Assembly: GCF_006345805.1 (NCBI RefSeq)
Contig: NC_042998.1
Location: 46,376,001-46,440,000 of the forward strand
DNA length: 64,000 bases
Source: Octopus sinensis
Lineage: Eukaryota
Direction of reading: 5' to 3'
The translations under genes were made by a program, and so were the position numbers. Below the pieces are notes generated by a model, which had not been told where the DNA came from, made no database searches, and worked only from the letters and a program-made list of their open reading frames with translations. Within the stretch, counting starts at the first letter, position 1, and every line of letters begins with the position of its first letter. Of the stretch, positions 25,806 through 37,494 are shown piece by piece.

Positions 25806-27125
25806 ATAAACTAGTATAAATCAAACGAAGCAAAAAAACAATTCTTTCAAAGAGATGTAAAACATCCAATTCACTGGTACAACAGCTGAATACCACAGAT
25901 AAACGGGGGTAAATACAAATATTAAATGAGATAGAGAAATGCAATTGACAAACTAACATTATGATATTATATAATTTACATTATAATAATATAATTTACA
26001 TTATAATATAATAAAATATATAAATTAACAGCAAATGGAAAAAAAAACCCCAAATAAAACCAGCAATTTGTTTCGACTTATATACATTAGTTAATTTATA
26101 AAAAAAAATTCCTATCTATGTATACAAGCCTCTTCAGTGCCTTGGTTCCGAAAAAAAAACCTGACGAAATTATATGTAGAGAACTGTCAAATTGCAAAAT
26201 ACTGAGTCAAAATAGCCACGTGTTTGTATACATATATGTGTGTATGTATGCGTGTGTGTATATATGTATATGCGTGTGTATTTATCTATTAATGTAAACA
26301 TGTGCATTTGTATAAGTGCATATATGAATACATGCATGCGCACATGTATGTATGTATGTATGTATGTATGTATGTATGTATGTATGTGTTTATATGTGTG
26401 TATATGTATGCATGTTTGTACGTTTGTGGTGTGTAAGTTTGGGTGTGTGTGTGTACGTGTGTATGTGCGTGCGTGCGTGCGTGCGTGTGTATGAGTTTAT
26501 ATGTGTGTGTGCGCGCGTGCGTTTCAGTGTGTGCGCGTGTGTGTGAGAAAGAGAGAGAGAGTGCATGTTTGTGCGTGTGCGCGTGCGTATGTGTGCGTGC
26601 GTTTAAATAACAGGGTTGTGGGAAAATACCTTTGGACAATTCTGCTTACAAAATACATTATACAGATGATAGGTGAGCTAAAAAAAAAAAAAAAGAAAAA
26701 AAAAAGACTTCAATTAACTGTGATTATCGTTGCAGTTAAACAATAAAACCACCATATAGCACTGAGGTTTGTAATTAAATCACACCCTCTCTCGCTATTT
26801 TCTCTCGCCGACTCTGCGCGCGCACACACACACTCACACTCATACACACACATGCGCACGCACGCACTCCCATGTATAATTTCCGAACAAAAGATTACTA
26901 AGGATTTTGAAGTTTCACTTCCGTTGTCTTCGTCAGTTTTATAACGCCAAGGCGACGACGCTTCGAAACCGCAATCAACATTTGCTTTGTAAGCTGATAA
27001 AAACGTGATACTTTTTTTTAAAAAACCTATTGAGTGAGCCTTGGATTAATGTTGGTCTCATATCACAATAAACAAGAGCAAACAATACACACACACGCAC
27101 ACAGGTGTGTGTGCGTCTGTGTGTT

Positions 27126-27302
27126 TTGGTCGAACAAATCAATCCCAAGACTATTTCTTTTAAAGCCTAGTACTTATTCTATCAGTTTCCTTTGCTGAAC
27201 CGCTAAGTTACATGGATATAAGCACACCAGCACCGGTTGTCAAGCGGTGATGGGGGCATTAACACAGACACAAAGACACACACACAAAGACACACACACA
27301 AA

Positions 27303-27342
<40 letters not shown>

Positions 27343-27704
27343 GATACATATTCTCTCTCTCACACACACACATACATACATACATACATACATTATGGCT
27401 GCCCCCTCGTTATCGAGTATGGCCATTGCACGAAGATAACCACTCCATCTGAGCCTTTGCTTTAACACAAGAGCTTCTATACTTTCACATCGAGAGCCTT
27501 CCAATATTTCAAGATCACTGATGCGGCCCTTCCACTTAATGCCATACATACATACATACATATGCAACAAAATTCTTTCAGTTTCTGTCTACCAAATCCA
27601 CTCACAAGGCTTTAATAGGCCTGTGGCGACATTTGTCCAAGGTGTCACGCAGCGGAACTAAACCTGGGACCATATGGTTGGGAAGCAAGCTTCTTACCAC
27701 ACAG

Positions 27705-27705
<1 letters not shown>
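27126..27705 (-). mobile_element. SINE family A with an RTE-like RT fragment (27400-27545, minus strand) inside its microsatellite core
   Basis: SINE head and tail present; the insert translates GIKWKGRISDLEILE...SIEALVLKQRLRWSG. Confidence 0.7.
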
Positions 27706-27752
<47 letters not shown>

Positions 27753-27807
27753 TATATATACACACATACATAAAGGTGAGTGGATAAACGAGACATGCAA
27801 CACAGTA

Positions 27808-28682
27808 TAGTGGTCTGATCAATAAGTATCCGGACTGTTGCTATAGTAACAAAGCTAAAGCACGCAAAGTGAAGTTGCTTAGCACAAATTGACCTTAAAT
27901 TCTGCTGTGCATGCACACTAAGTTTTAATGTTCTAGTTCACTTCGTCTGTTTACAACAGAGCTTGGAAGGAAGGTGTGTAGCGTGTGATCGTCACATTGA
28001 CCATGACAGAGAAAGCTGAGCAGAAAATCTGCATCAAATTTTGCCAAAAGCTTGGCGATACCTGCTCAGAGGCTTACGCAAAGTTTTCAGTGTTCTCGAC
28101 ACAATGAAGGAGATCTTGTGCAACTGAAACCCGAGTGTCTTTTTGGTCAGCTGAAAGCAGTTTTGGCACAAACTTGATAGACACGCGTCTCATACCCAAA
28201 TCTCCAGTGATAATGGAATGAAATGAACCGTAAATAATCTGTACATCCTCTGATAACTCACGTGAAGTGATTCGACGATTTCCCATCACAGTTGCACACA
28301 CAACTGCGATGTTTTTCTCAGTTCTGATGCTTGCGGCTCTCCTAGAACGTTCGTCAATATCGACAATTTTTTGGCCATCTTGGAAACGTCCAAACCACTC
28401 GTACACTTGTGTGCGGCTTATACACTCCTCTTTATACACTTACTGAAACTCTGTGTAGGCTTCTGAGCAGGTATCGCATTGACAACTTTCTCTGTCACCG
28501 TCAATGCGACGATCAGACACTACACACCTTCCTTCCAAGCACTGCTGTAAACAGCAGAAGTGAGCTACATCGTTAAAACTTAGTGCGCATGCACAGCAGA
28601 GTTCAAGGTCAATCTATATCAAACGGCTTTACTTAGCTTTGTTACTATGGCAACAATCCGGATACTTATTGATCAGACCTTG
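27808..28682. mobile_element. Non-autonomous mariner derivative with two 5' ends in inverted orientation
   Basis: GGTCTGATCAATAAGTATCCGGA at both ends, ~230-270-bp inverted arms; interior encodes the transposase HTH to FVPKLL on the minus strand. Confidence 0.85.
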
Positions 28683-28720
28683 TATATTATTATTCATATT
28701 ATTATTTAAGTTATATTAAA

Positions 28721-29435
28721 GGGATCTTTACCTCTTGACGTACAGATTTTTTAAATAATTTTTTGTAACTAAACACTTTCAAATTTCGGACACTGGTAGA
28801 ATGTGTATATAAAACATGTTTTACTCATAGCATATTTGAGAAAAACTTATATTTACGAAATAATTTCACGTTAAAGTAGGCCTATTTCGGTAATTTCAAC
28901 CAATCAATGACGTGTATTCAGCTGAATAAAATTACTGCCGTTGTTTGTCAACAAGAACTTCCGGCGGTGAATTTTTCCTTTGTCACTGTTATTTATGACA
29001 ACCCTAACCCTAACCCTAACTCTAAAACTTTAAACCCTAACCCTAAAACCCTAACCCTGACCCTAACTCTAACCCTAAAATCCTAGCCCTAACACCCTAA
29101 CCCTAAAACCCTAACCCTAACCCTAAAACCTTAAAGCTAAAACCAGTACAAACGCACGAACGATGTCATAAATAACAGTGACAAACGAAAAATATACCGC
29201 CGATAATTGTTGTTGACAAACAACGGCAGTAATCTTATTCAGCTGAATAAACGTCATTGATTGGTTGAAATTACCGAAATAGGCCTACTTTGACGTGAAA
29301 TTACTTCGTAAATATAAGATTTTCTCAGAAATGCTAAGAGTAAAACATGTTTTATATGACACTTTCTATCAGTGTCCGAAATGTGAAACTATTTAGTTAC
29401 AAAAAATTATTTTTTAAATCTGTACGTCAAAAGGT
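28721..29435. mobile_element. Foldback element: ~275-bp inverted arms around a degenerate (CCCTAA)n core
   Basis: Arms 28721-29000 and 29164-29435 are reverse complements; core 29001-29150. Confidence 0.85.
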
Positions 29436-29439
29436 TGTC

Positions 29440-30480
29440 ACCAGACCAAGCCATAACATTACATGACATGTAACGGATTCGCCAGAGGGGCAGACCCAAC
29501 CCATAACATTATATGACATGTTGCAGATTGCCAGAGGGGCAGGGCCAAACCATAACATTACATGACATGTCACAGATTAGCCAGAAGGGCAAACCAAGCC
29601 ATAACATTACATGACATGTCATGGATTCGCCAGAGGGGCAGCATCAATCCATAGCATTACATGACATGTCGGAGATTTGCCAGAGGGGCAGTACCAAACC
29701 ATAACATTACATGACATGCTGGGGATTTGCCAGAGGGGCAGGCCCAACCCATAACATTACATGACATGTCGGAGATTCGCCAGAGGGGCAGACCCAACCC
29801 ATAACATTATATGACATGTTTGGGATTCGCCAGAGGGGCAGGGTCAAACCATAACATTACCTGACATGTCGGAGATTCGCCAGAGGGGCACGGCCAATCC
29901 ATAACATTACATGACATGTCATGGATTCGCCAAAGGGGCAGGGTCAATCCATAACACTACATGACATGTCGGGGATTCGCCAGAGGGGCAGACCCAACCC
30001 ATAACATTACATGACACAGGAGTTGCTATATAGGCCCAAGGGGGCCCATATAGGCTATAGAGGTGCAGTGGTGCCTGTGTAGGCTATATAGATCCAGGGA
30101 TGCCTATATAGTCTATAAATCCTTTGAAAAGTTTTTCAAAATTTTCATGAAAATCCTTTGAAAACATTTTTCAAGACTTTCATCAAAATTTTTTGAAAAT
30201 TTCGCCAGAGGAGCAGTCTCAATCCATAACACTTCATTACCAGTCACAGATTTCGCCAGAAGGGCAGTTCTAATCCATAACACTTCATTATCAGTCGCAG
30301 ATTTCACCAGATGGGTGGCCCCAATCCATAACACTACATTAATGGTCGTAGATTTCGCCAGAGGGGCAGCCCTTCCATAACACTACATTACCGGTTGCAG
30401 ATTTCACCAGAGGAGCAGCCCTTCCATAACAGTCGCAGATTTCGCCACAGGGGCAGCACTTCCATAACACTACATTACGG
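29440..30480. repeat. ~50-bp minisatellite (~12 units), interruption, then ~6 variant units
   Basis: CCATAACATTACATGACATG...GATTCGCCAGAGGGGCAG recurs at 29451, 29501, 29550 and onward to ~30017; variant units at 30200-30480. Confidence 0.95.
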
Positions 30481-31849
30481 TCGCTGGATCTCACCAACAA
30501 ATTCAGTTCTTATCTTATCAGAATGATCAAAGTGAGATTTCTGAGCTACTGTACCTTTGTAATCACCTTGAAACTCTTCCGACTCTTTCTGAATCCACTG
30601 CACTGTCCTCAAATTGACAACCTAGAAAATTTTTTAAATTTTATATTTCCCACTAAGCAATAACCGATTTTCCACCCCATCCCGTTTATTCCAAAAGATA
30701 ACCGTCTCCAAATATCAGAACATGAATTGAAGCATTCTTTCATATATTCTCCTACAGCAAGCACATATTTGGCTTGGTTTTTCAGTATCCTGTTTGTTTG
30801 AATTGTTGTTACAGTTTGAATCTCACAACTATTTTAATGAGATATTTGCTTGCAAATCCTGCCCATTTGATGACAATTATCATTTGGCACCTGAATATTC
30901 ATAGACTGAAAGCTGGCTCGTGTGTTGTGTTGAAGATTATTCTCTTTTTGAGATGCCCTAGCCAGTCTGCCATATGTAGCAGAAACAGAATTTTGCTACA
31001 GGGCCAGTAGTTTTTGAGATGGTGGGGATAATCGATTACAGCGACTATAGTACTTGACTTGTACTTACTTTTATTGATCCTGGCAGGATGAAAGGCAAAG
31101 TCGACCTCGGCGACAACGGACTGAGTGAACATCCATCGTTAAGAATATAAATAATAAATGAATGGAAATTGAACTTGTGTTAGATAATAAGGCCTTAAGA
31201 CAATAATGAATCTTCTCAGACACAACACAATAATAACAATCCTTTCTACTAAAGATACAATGCCTAAAATTTTGGGGAAGACATCAGTTGATCAAATCAA
31301 CCTCAGTGTTCAGCTGGTTTTTATTTCATTCACCCCGAAAGGAAGAAAGGCAAAACTGACCTCGGCGGAATTTGAACAGTCATGATAATAATAATGAGAA
31401 GGTTAGAATTTGAATACAGATTCTTTAAAGCAAAGCTAAACAACAACGACTAACATAGAAGTTGTCGCACAAAGCAACATCCACTTGGTTGCTGGATCTT
31501 TAAGAAATAGCAACCAAAACCTCCCTCAAATAACACCTCATTGGGATAATTCTCAAACAGTATGTTCTAAAAGTTATTTGTAAAATCGTAAATTTCGATA
31601 GCACAAACATTTTCGGCACTACTTAAATACGGAGGTCCCAATGCATCCACGTAACGATATGTTTTTACAGTGCATAGTAGTTAGGGTTAATTTTTAGGGT
31701 CAGTTTTAGGGTTAGGAGTTAGGCTTTAAGGCAGTGGTTCCCTATCGATTTTTGGCCATGCCCCACCGAATCATTTTTAAAATCCTGATGTTCCCTTGTG
31801 ATATTTAATTTTTGTTATTCAAAATTTGGTTAATGTTTACAATATCATT

Positions 31850-32120
31850 TGGAAAGAAAAGAAAAAAAAATAGTGCAGCCGGAAGTCGTTCTTGACAAAC
31901 AACAGCAGTAATTTTAATCAACTGAATACACGTCATTGATTGGTTGAAATTAGCAAAATACAACTTTAACAAAAAATAACTTCCAAAATACAGAATTTTC
32001 TCAACAACGCCTAGAGTAAAAGATGTTTTATGTGACACATTCTACCAGTATACGAAGTTTGAAAGTGTTTAGTTGCAAAAAATTATCTTTTAAATCTGTC
32101 GGTCAAAAGGAAAAGCTCCT
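31850..32120. mobile_element. Single arm of the GGGATC foldback family
   Basis: Matches the right arm of the 28721 element; degenerate TTAGGG tract nearby at 31680-31725. Confidence 0.7.
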
Positions 32121-32249
32121 ATTAAAGTTTTATCATATAAAGTTACATTATTATTTAAAGCAGCTAAGTTTCTTTAAGGAGCCTACAAAATTTTAAGTTG
32201 CATAGGGCCGAATCAAACTCTCTTAAATAACACACACACACACACACAC

Positions 32250-32304
<55 letters not shown>

Positions 32305-33191
32305 TATATATATATGTATACGTGTGCGTCCATGTGTGTATGTGTGTGTGTGTGTGTGTGTGTATACCTGTTCGCGGAGTCTACCTGTTTACTTGGTAAC
32401 TATTAAGAACTTTCCATAGTGAGACCGTTATTGACCTGCGATATGTTGTTTCTCTGTATGTTGTATGAATATGTCATAATCTGATATGATACCTCTTGTT
32501 TGCCTGTCTATCCTTTTGCACTATTACACACACACACACACACATTTGTGTTTGTATGTATTATGTTTAAATAAATGTATGTGTGTATGTATACACGCAA
32601 GCATGCATGTATGTATGTATGTATGTATGTATGTATGTGTATGTATGTATGTATGTATGTATGTATGTATGTATGTATGTATGTCATTGTTCAGTTTTAT
32701 TTCCAGATTTCTTGCCAATAGAGAAAGAGCCGGTTTCTAACCTAGATCCAAGCCTCATTCATTGGAATTTCAGCATCAACAGCAGGGTATGTATGTATGT
32801 ATGTTTTGTTTTGTGTATATATTCTCATGCATGTAATTGCATATCTGGACATCCTCACATATATTTAAATGATAAACTTCAGGAAAGTTTTACAGATTTT
32901 TACAGTTCCTGTGATGTATGTATGTATGTATGTATGTATGTATGTATGTATGTATGTATGTGTGTATGTTTGCATGTATTGTATGTATAAACAAACAGGA
33001 GTAAAACCTAGACAATATATGAAGTAGTATTCAAAAGCACAGGTGTAGCCATGTTGCTATGAAGTTCCCTCTGCAGCTACATGCATCCGGTCTACTTACA
33101 AGTGTTTAACTAAAAATTAAACCTGTTTGGTGGATTCTCCACCAGTCTCGTCAACAAACATTCAGTTATTCGACAATACAAACTCCTATTC

Positions 33192-33344
33192 GGGATCTTT
33201 TCGCTTTGACCGGCAGATTTTTAAAATAATTTCTTTGTAACTAAACACTTTTAAACTTACACATTCTACCAGTATACGAAGTTTAAAAGTGTTTAGTTAC
33301 AAAGAAATTATTTAAAAATCTGCCGGTCAAAGCGAAAAGATCCC
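33192..33344. mobile_element. 153-bp MITE of the GGGATC family with 6-bp TSD CTATTC
   Basis: Near-perfect palindrome GGGATCTTTTCGCTTTGACCGGCAG...CTGCCGGTCAAAGCGAAAAGATCCC; CTATTC at 33186-33191 and 33345-33350. Confidence 0.9.
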
Positions 33345-33448
33345 CTATTCGCGAAAATAACGTGTAAGTGGCTGAGTATCCCATAGACACTAGTACCATT
33401 AAAGCAAGTCTCATGCCCGTATCAACGTCAAGCAGTATGCTACAAAGC

Positions 33449-33678
33449 CGGCAGAGCTGGCAGAAACGTTAGCACGTCGGGCGAAATGATTAGTAGTATT
33501 TCGTCTGCCGTTACGTTGTGAGTTCAAATTCCGCCGAGGTCGACTTTACCTTTCATTCTTTCGGGGTCGATAAATTAAGTACCAGTTACGCACTGGGGTC
33601 GATGTAATCGACTTAATACCTATGTCTGTCCTTGTTTGTCCCTTCTATGTTTAGCCCCTTGTGGGTAATAAAGAAATG
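33449..33678 (+). mobile_element. SINE family C with 15-bp TSD, just upstream of OTC
   Basis: AGTATGCTACAAAGC at 33434-33448 and 33679-33693. Confidence 0.9.
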
Positions 33679-33709
33679 AGTATGCTACAAAGCTGAAACT
33701 TTGAAGGAC

Positions 33710-33962
33710 ATGGAAAACTCACTCCCATTATCGAACCGAAATATGCGTAAGACACTGTCAACTTTGGTGAGATTTGAATCCAGTGAGCAGAAAGCTGAAG
33801 AGAATACTGCAGGAGCTTTATTGGACGCTTTTACGGCTCTTGTAAGTTTGCTGAGAGTCTTTTGTCCGACAGTTTTCAGAAAATGAAATCTCTATTTTGT
33901 TGTAATTACAGGTCTTTCAAGGGAGATCACCGCGTTACACACCATTCGCTGCAATTCTCAGA
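33710..33962 (+). other. Candidate upstream OTC exon (33710-33841), 70-nt intron (33842-33911) and 5' part of the exon starting at 33912
   Basis: Donor ctt|gtaagt, acceptor ttttgttgtaattacag|g. 44 + 17 stop-free codons join in frame with ATG 33963. Confidence 0.45.
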
Positions 33963-34045
33963 ATGTCCCTTCTTCGCGTTATCCGTCCTAAATTGTCTAA
34001 ATTCTGTGCTTGTGCAACGAACCGTTTGTGTCAGCAAAATTACAG
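33963..34045 (+). CDS. OTC: Ornithine carbamoyltransferase, coding exon 1 (mitochondrial transit peptide MSLLRVIRPKLSKFCACATNRLCQQNY-S)
   Basis: ATG at 33963 (agaATG), basic non-acidic presequence, ends AG|gtaag at 34045 in phase 2, matching the phase-2 acceptor of the next exon (AG+C = Ser). Assigned by splice phase and composition, not by strong homology. Confidence 0.8.
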
Positions 34046-36574
34046 GTAAGAAATATATGCATACATTACACGCACAAGTGCTAAATTCTCATACTCTCTT
34101 ATCAGTTTTTATGATAAGAGCATTTAACGGATGTCACATATATAGCTTCTGTTAGGATAGTTTCTGTAAAATATTTAGTTTGCTCATTCCACATGTTTAA
34201 ATGGATCCTGTTAGATAATCTATTTAAATTGAAATTTAATTCTATAATGATGGTTTTTTTTCCAAGTTCGGGCATAATTCTCTGCTATTGGGCAGAGCAA
34301 ATGCTCGCAAGCAAAACAAATTTTAGTTTTGAGCATATGTTACCTATCTCATGTGAAATGATAACCAAGCATCAAGGATGTATTCAAATGTGATATATTG
34401 CTCAACCTTGTCCATTTGATAAAAACATCAAGGCAGTTTTATTGTTCAGGTGATAGGGTTCATACCTGTCCCAAGAACAAGTGTGCCAAGTGAGGTGAAT
34501 AAAACTCGAATGACAGGCCAGGACTGGAAGCCGCGTCACCGATTCGACTCTCCGGGATCTTGTCTAAGATCTGTGTTACTGTGATAATTACATTCCACGT
34601 TCCGCGTTTGATAACCATTATTTATCTTCAGGTCAAGTGCACGCGAAAAACCTATAGGTTGTTTCCTACTTTAACGCCACAAAAAGAAAAATTACTATTT
34701 ACTGTTTACCTTCAAGTCACGCTTAATCAAAAAAACCTCTGGGTTGTTTCCTACTTTAACACCGTAAAAAGACTAAACAATAGTACTAAGGCAAAATTGA
34801 AATATTATTGTATACTTTGTGACTCATTATTTTCCTGTATTCAGGACCTCTCATTAAATCTCTAAGTTTGTAAGATGCTCAATCATAGCAGAAATTAGAT
34901 TAGCGAAAATATGTTCATGAATGTTTCTCCTTTATGTATACAGGCAGACAAGATTACGAGTAAAGGCACTGCTTGTCGGTTGTCAAAGTTACTTTTTTTG
35001 CAGCACTCAGTGCATGAATACATATGCAAAAAGCAATGTGGCACATGTGAACGTATTTTCGTTAATCGTATTTCTTCTGTTAATGAATTCTTTAATTTTA
35101 TTCGAAAATATTTAATATTTTGCAGTTTAGGATTAAAAAAAAAAAACGATTTTGATATATGCCCACACACACACATACACATATATAAAATGCGTGTGCA
35201 TTTTGAATATATAAAATGCACACACTCATTTTATATATTCAAAGGTCGTAACTGGATCGTGTTTCCACGAAAACAAGATGTTATGAACAAGAATATTATT
35301 CAATAATGCAAATATTTTAATTTCAGTTTCTTTGTTCCTTTTTTTTAATGTTAAGATAAGAAACAATTAGCCGATGACAAGTGGTGAGTTCTTTCCAATT
35401 TCAAATCAGTGGGGTGTGATTTGAAAGAGGGAGAGAGAGAGAGATTTGGCTGTTATTTCTAGCAGATCGACTGATTACGTCGGCTTGTCAACATCAGAGC
35501 TGAGCAAGCGGTTATTAATTGGGGAAGCATTTTTGTTTTGTACTCATAACCAGCAACTCAAATTCCAACCGTTGTCATAACAACTTCCTATCAATTTTGG
35601 AAGCGGGTGGGAAAAGTATATATAAACGTTAAGATCCCATTCCTCTTCCTTTATGCCATAAATTGTGTACATGTTTTTTTTTTTAATACATATTTAATTG
35701 CGTCTGCAAGGTCAACGAACTAGAATGAGATTGCATGATGCAATAGCTGTACTATGTATAACTTTACTGTGTAAATAACTGTACAAAAGGGATCATAATT
35801 CGAAACCATTTTATCATTGTTGTGTCATTAAAAACTAAGGAAACCATGAACGTTACATTATCACATATTTTTCATCTTGCTTTTATCAGAGATTAGTTTA
35901 TAATAATAATTATTATTATTAAATTATTTTAATTTGAACTCTAACTCACTTTACATATCTACACATTTTGCAGTTTGGCTAGATAGTGCTTAGTTCTGAG
36001 TGGGTGTACACTACATGAGTAACTCAATTATAGCTGATTTGACTAGAGTAGTGGCGGTGAGATTCTAGGCAATAATGAATCATCAATAATGATCTGAAAT
36101 TTCACAATTCCAAATACAGGTACAATATCTACTTTCCAGACAGTAGTTGTTGGTGGTCTAGAACTTCTTATAATCTACTCTAATTTATGAGCAAGAACTT
36201 TAAATTCCTGTGGCCACGTCACAAGTCTACTGGTACCTTACACAGTACAGTAAAATAAGTAAGCATCAATGATAGTGCTTATCACTCAAATTCCATCTTT
36301 ACTATTAATAATGAAATGTAAGGTCATCAAATGCTGTACTTCTTAGGTCTAGATTATCTGCAAATCAGCCCTGATCAGGCAAACCTATGATTTAGGGCAT
36401 TCCAGCTAGGACCATCCCCGCTCCCTTTTTGTATATTTATGACTGTATTATCCAATGAGTCCTTACTTTTTAAAGATGGAAGTGTGTGGTTTCAGGAAAA
36501 TTTGACTTTTATTTCTAGTAGGTCAAATTGTGGTATTGCAAGTTCCTTGTTGGCACTTTTAGGCTTAGGTATTG

Positions 36575-36945
36575 GATCTTTTCGGTCTGAACGGCAGTTT
36601 TTTAAAATAATTTCCATGCAACTAAACACTTTTAAACTTCGTATACTGGTAGAATGTGTTTATAAAACATCTTTTTCTCTTGGCTTTATTGAGAAAATTC
36701 TATAGTTTGTAAGATATTTGTTGTTCTTTTTCTTCAATTTCTGTACAACCAATCAATGACGTCTATTGAGGTAAAAAACATTCTGTGTCGTATGAATATG
36801 TCCCTCGTTTAAGAAACAGATTGGGTTTATTTAAATTTGTGAAGGAAAAAAGATACCCTTTCCCCCACTCTAACCCTAACCCTAACTAACCCTAATCCTA
36901 AAACAGATTGAAATGCAATAGATCGATACTAGGGTCATAATTATG
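36575..36945. mobile_element. GGGATC-family element (extends to ~37002) with short TIRs and an internal (CCCTAA)n tract
   Basis: Begins GGATCTTTTCGGTCTGAACGGCAG; CTAACCCTAACCCTAAC at ~36870; related end AACTGCTGTTCAAACCGAAAGGATCCC at ~36976-37002. Confidence 0.65.
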
Positions 36946-37452
36946 GGTGACAATTTCATATGACACCGCTAGAAAAACTGCTGTTCAAACCGAAAGGATC
37001 CCATAGTTATGCTGTGGCACGATTAGCTTTTTGTCATTGAGAATCCCAAACTGCCAGCTGGATAGTTAATGGCTCTATCTCAGCATCAGTGCTGCTTGCT
37101 GTCTCTTCCAAAGATACAACACATGACAATGAATGTTTTCCCCTTAGTTTTTGAGAGGTATCACGTGAAAGGACATTTCACTGCTGAAGGTAATAAAAGC
37201 ATTATTAGGAGTGTTGAATTGAAACCTCTCCTTAGGCAAAAACTGTAATAGTTCAATGTTCTTATTGAGGGCATTTATTCTTAGCTGCATAACACCATGG
37301 AAACTAAAATAAATCATAGCATGTTTAACTTACTGTAATGGAACGTTCTTAGAAGTAAATGACTCAGACAAAGCATTAAAATGGCTGAAGCTTCTGCTTA
37401 AACCACATGTAATGCATAGCCTGCTTCTTAATTTCTCCATCTCAGTTCCTGA

Positions 37453-37492
<40 letters not shown>

Positions 37493-37494
<2 letters not shown>

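Noticed and set aside
26900-26945. Minus-strand CTGACGA...GAAAC as a hammerhead
   Set aside because: Stem II is incomplete, there is no GUH triplet, and the flanks (AAAA/AAAA) cannot form stem I.
29001-29150. Telomere or chromosome-fusion relic
   Set aside because: The degenerate CCCTAA tract sits inside inverted arms and recurs in related elements, so it is part of a repeat family.
29440-30017. CRISPR-like look of the 50-bp array
   Set aside because: Variable parts are only 4-7 bp and related to each other, there are no unique spacers or cas genes, and the context is eukaryotic.
30520-31010. Complex non-repetitive sequence with short open frames as exons of another gene
   Set aside because: No recognisable protein motif or consistent splice sites; frames close quickly.
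35366-35390. ATGACAAGTG|gtgagt as an alternative OTC first exon
   Set aside because: Phase 1 donor is incompatible with the phase 2 acceptor of exon 2; no presequence.
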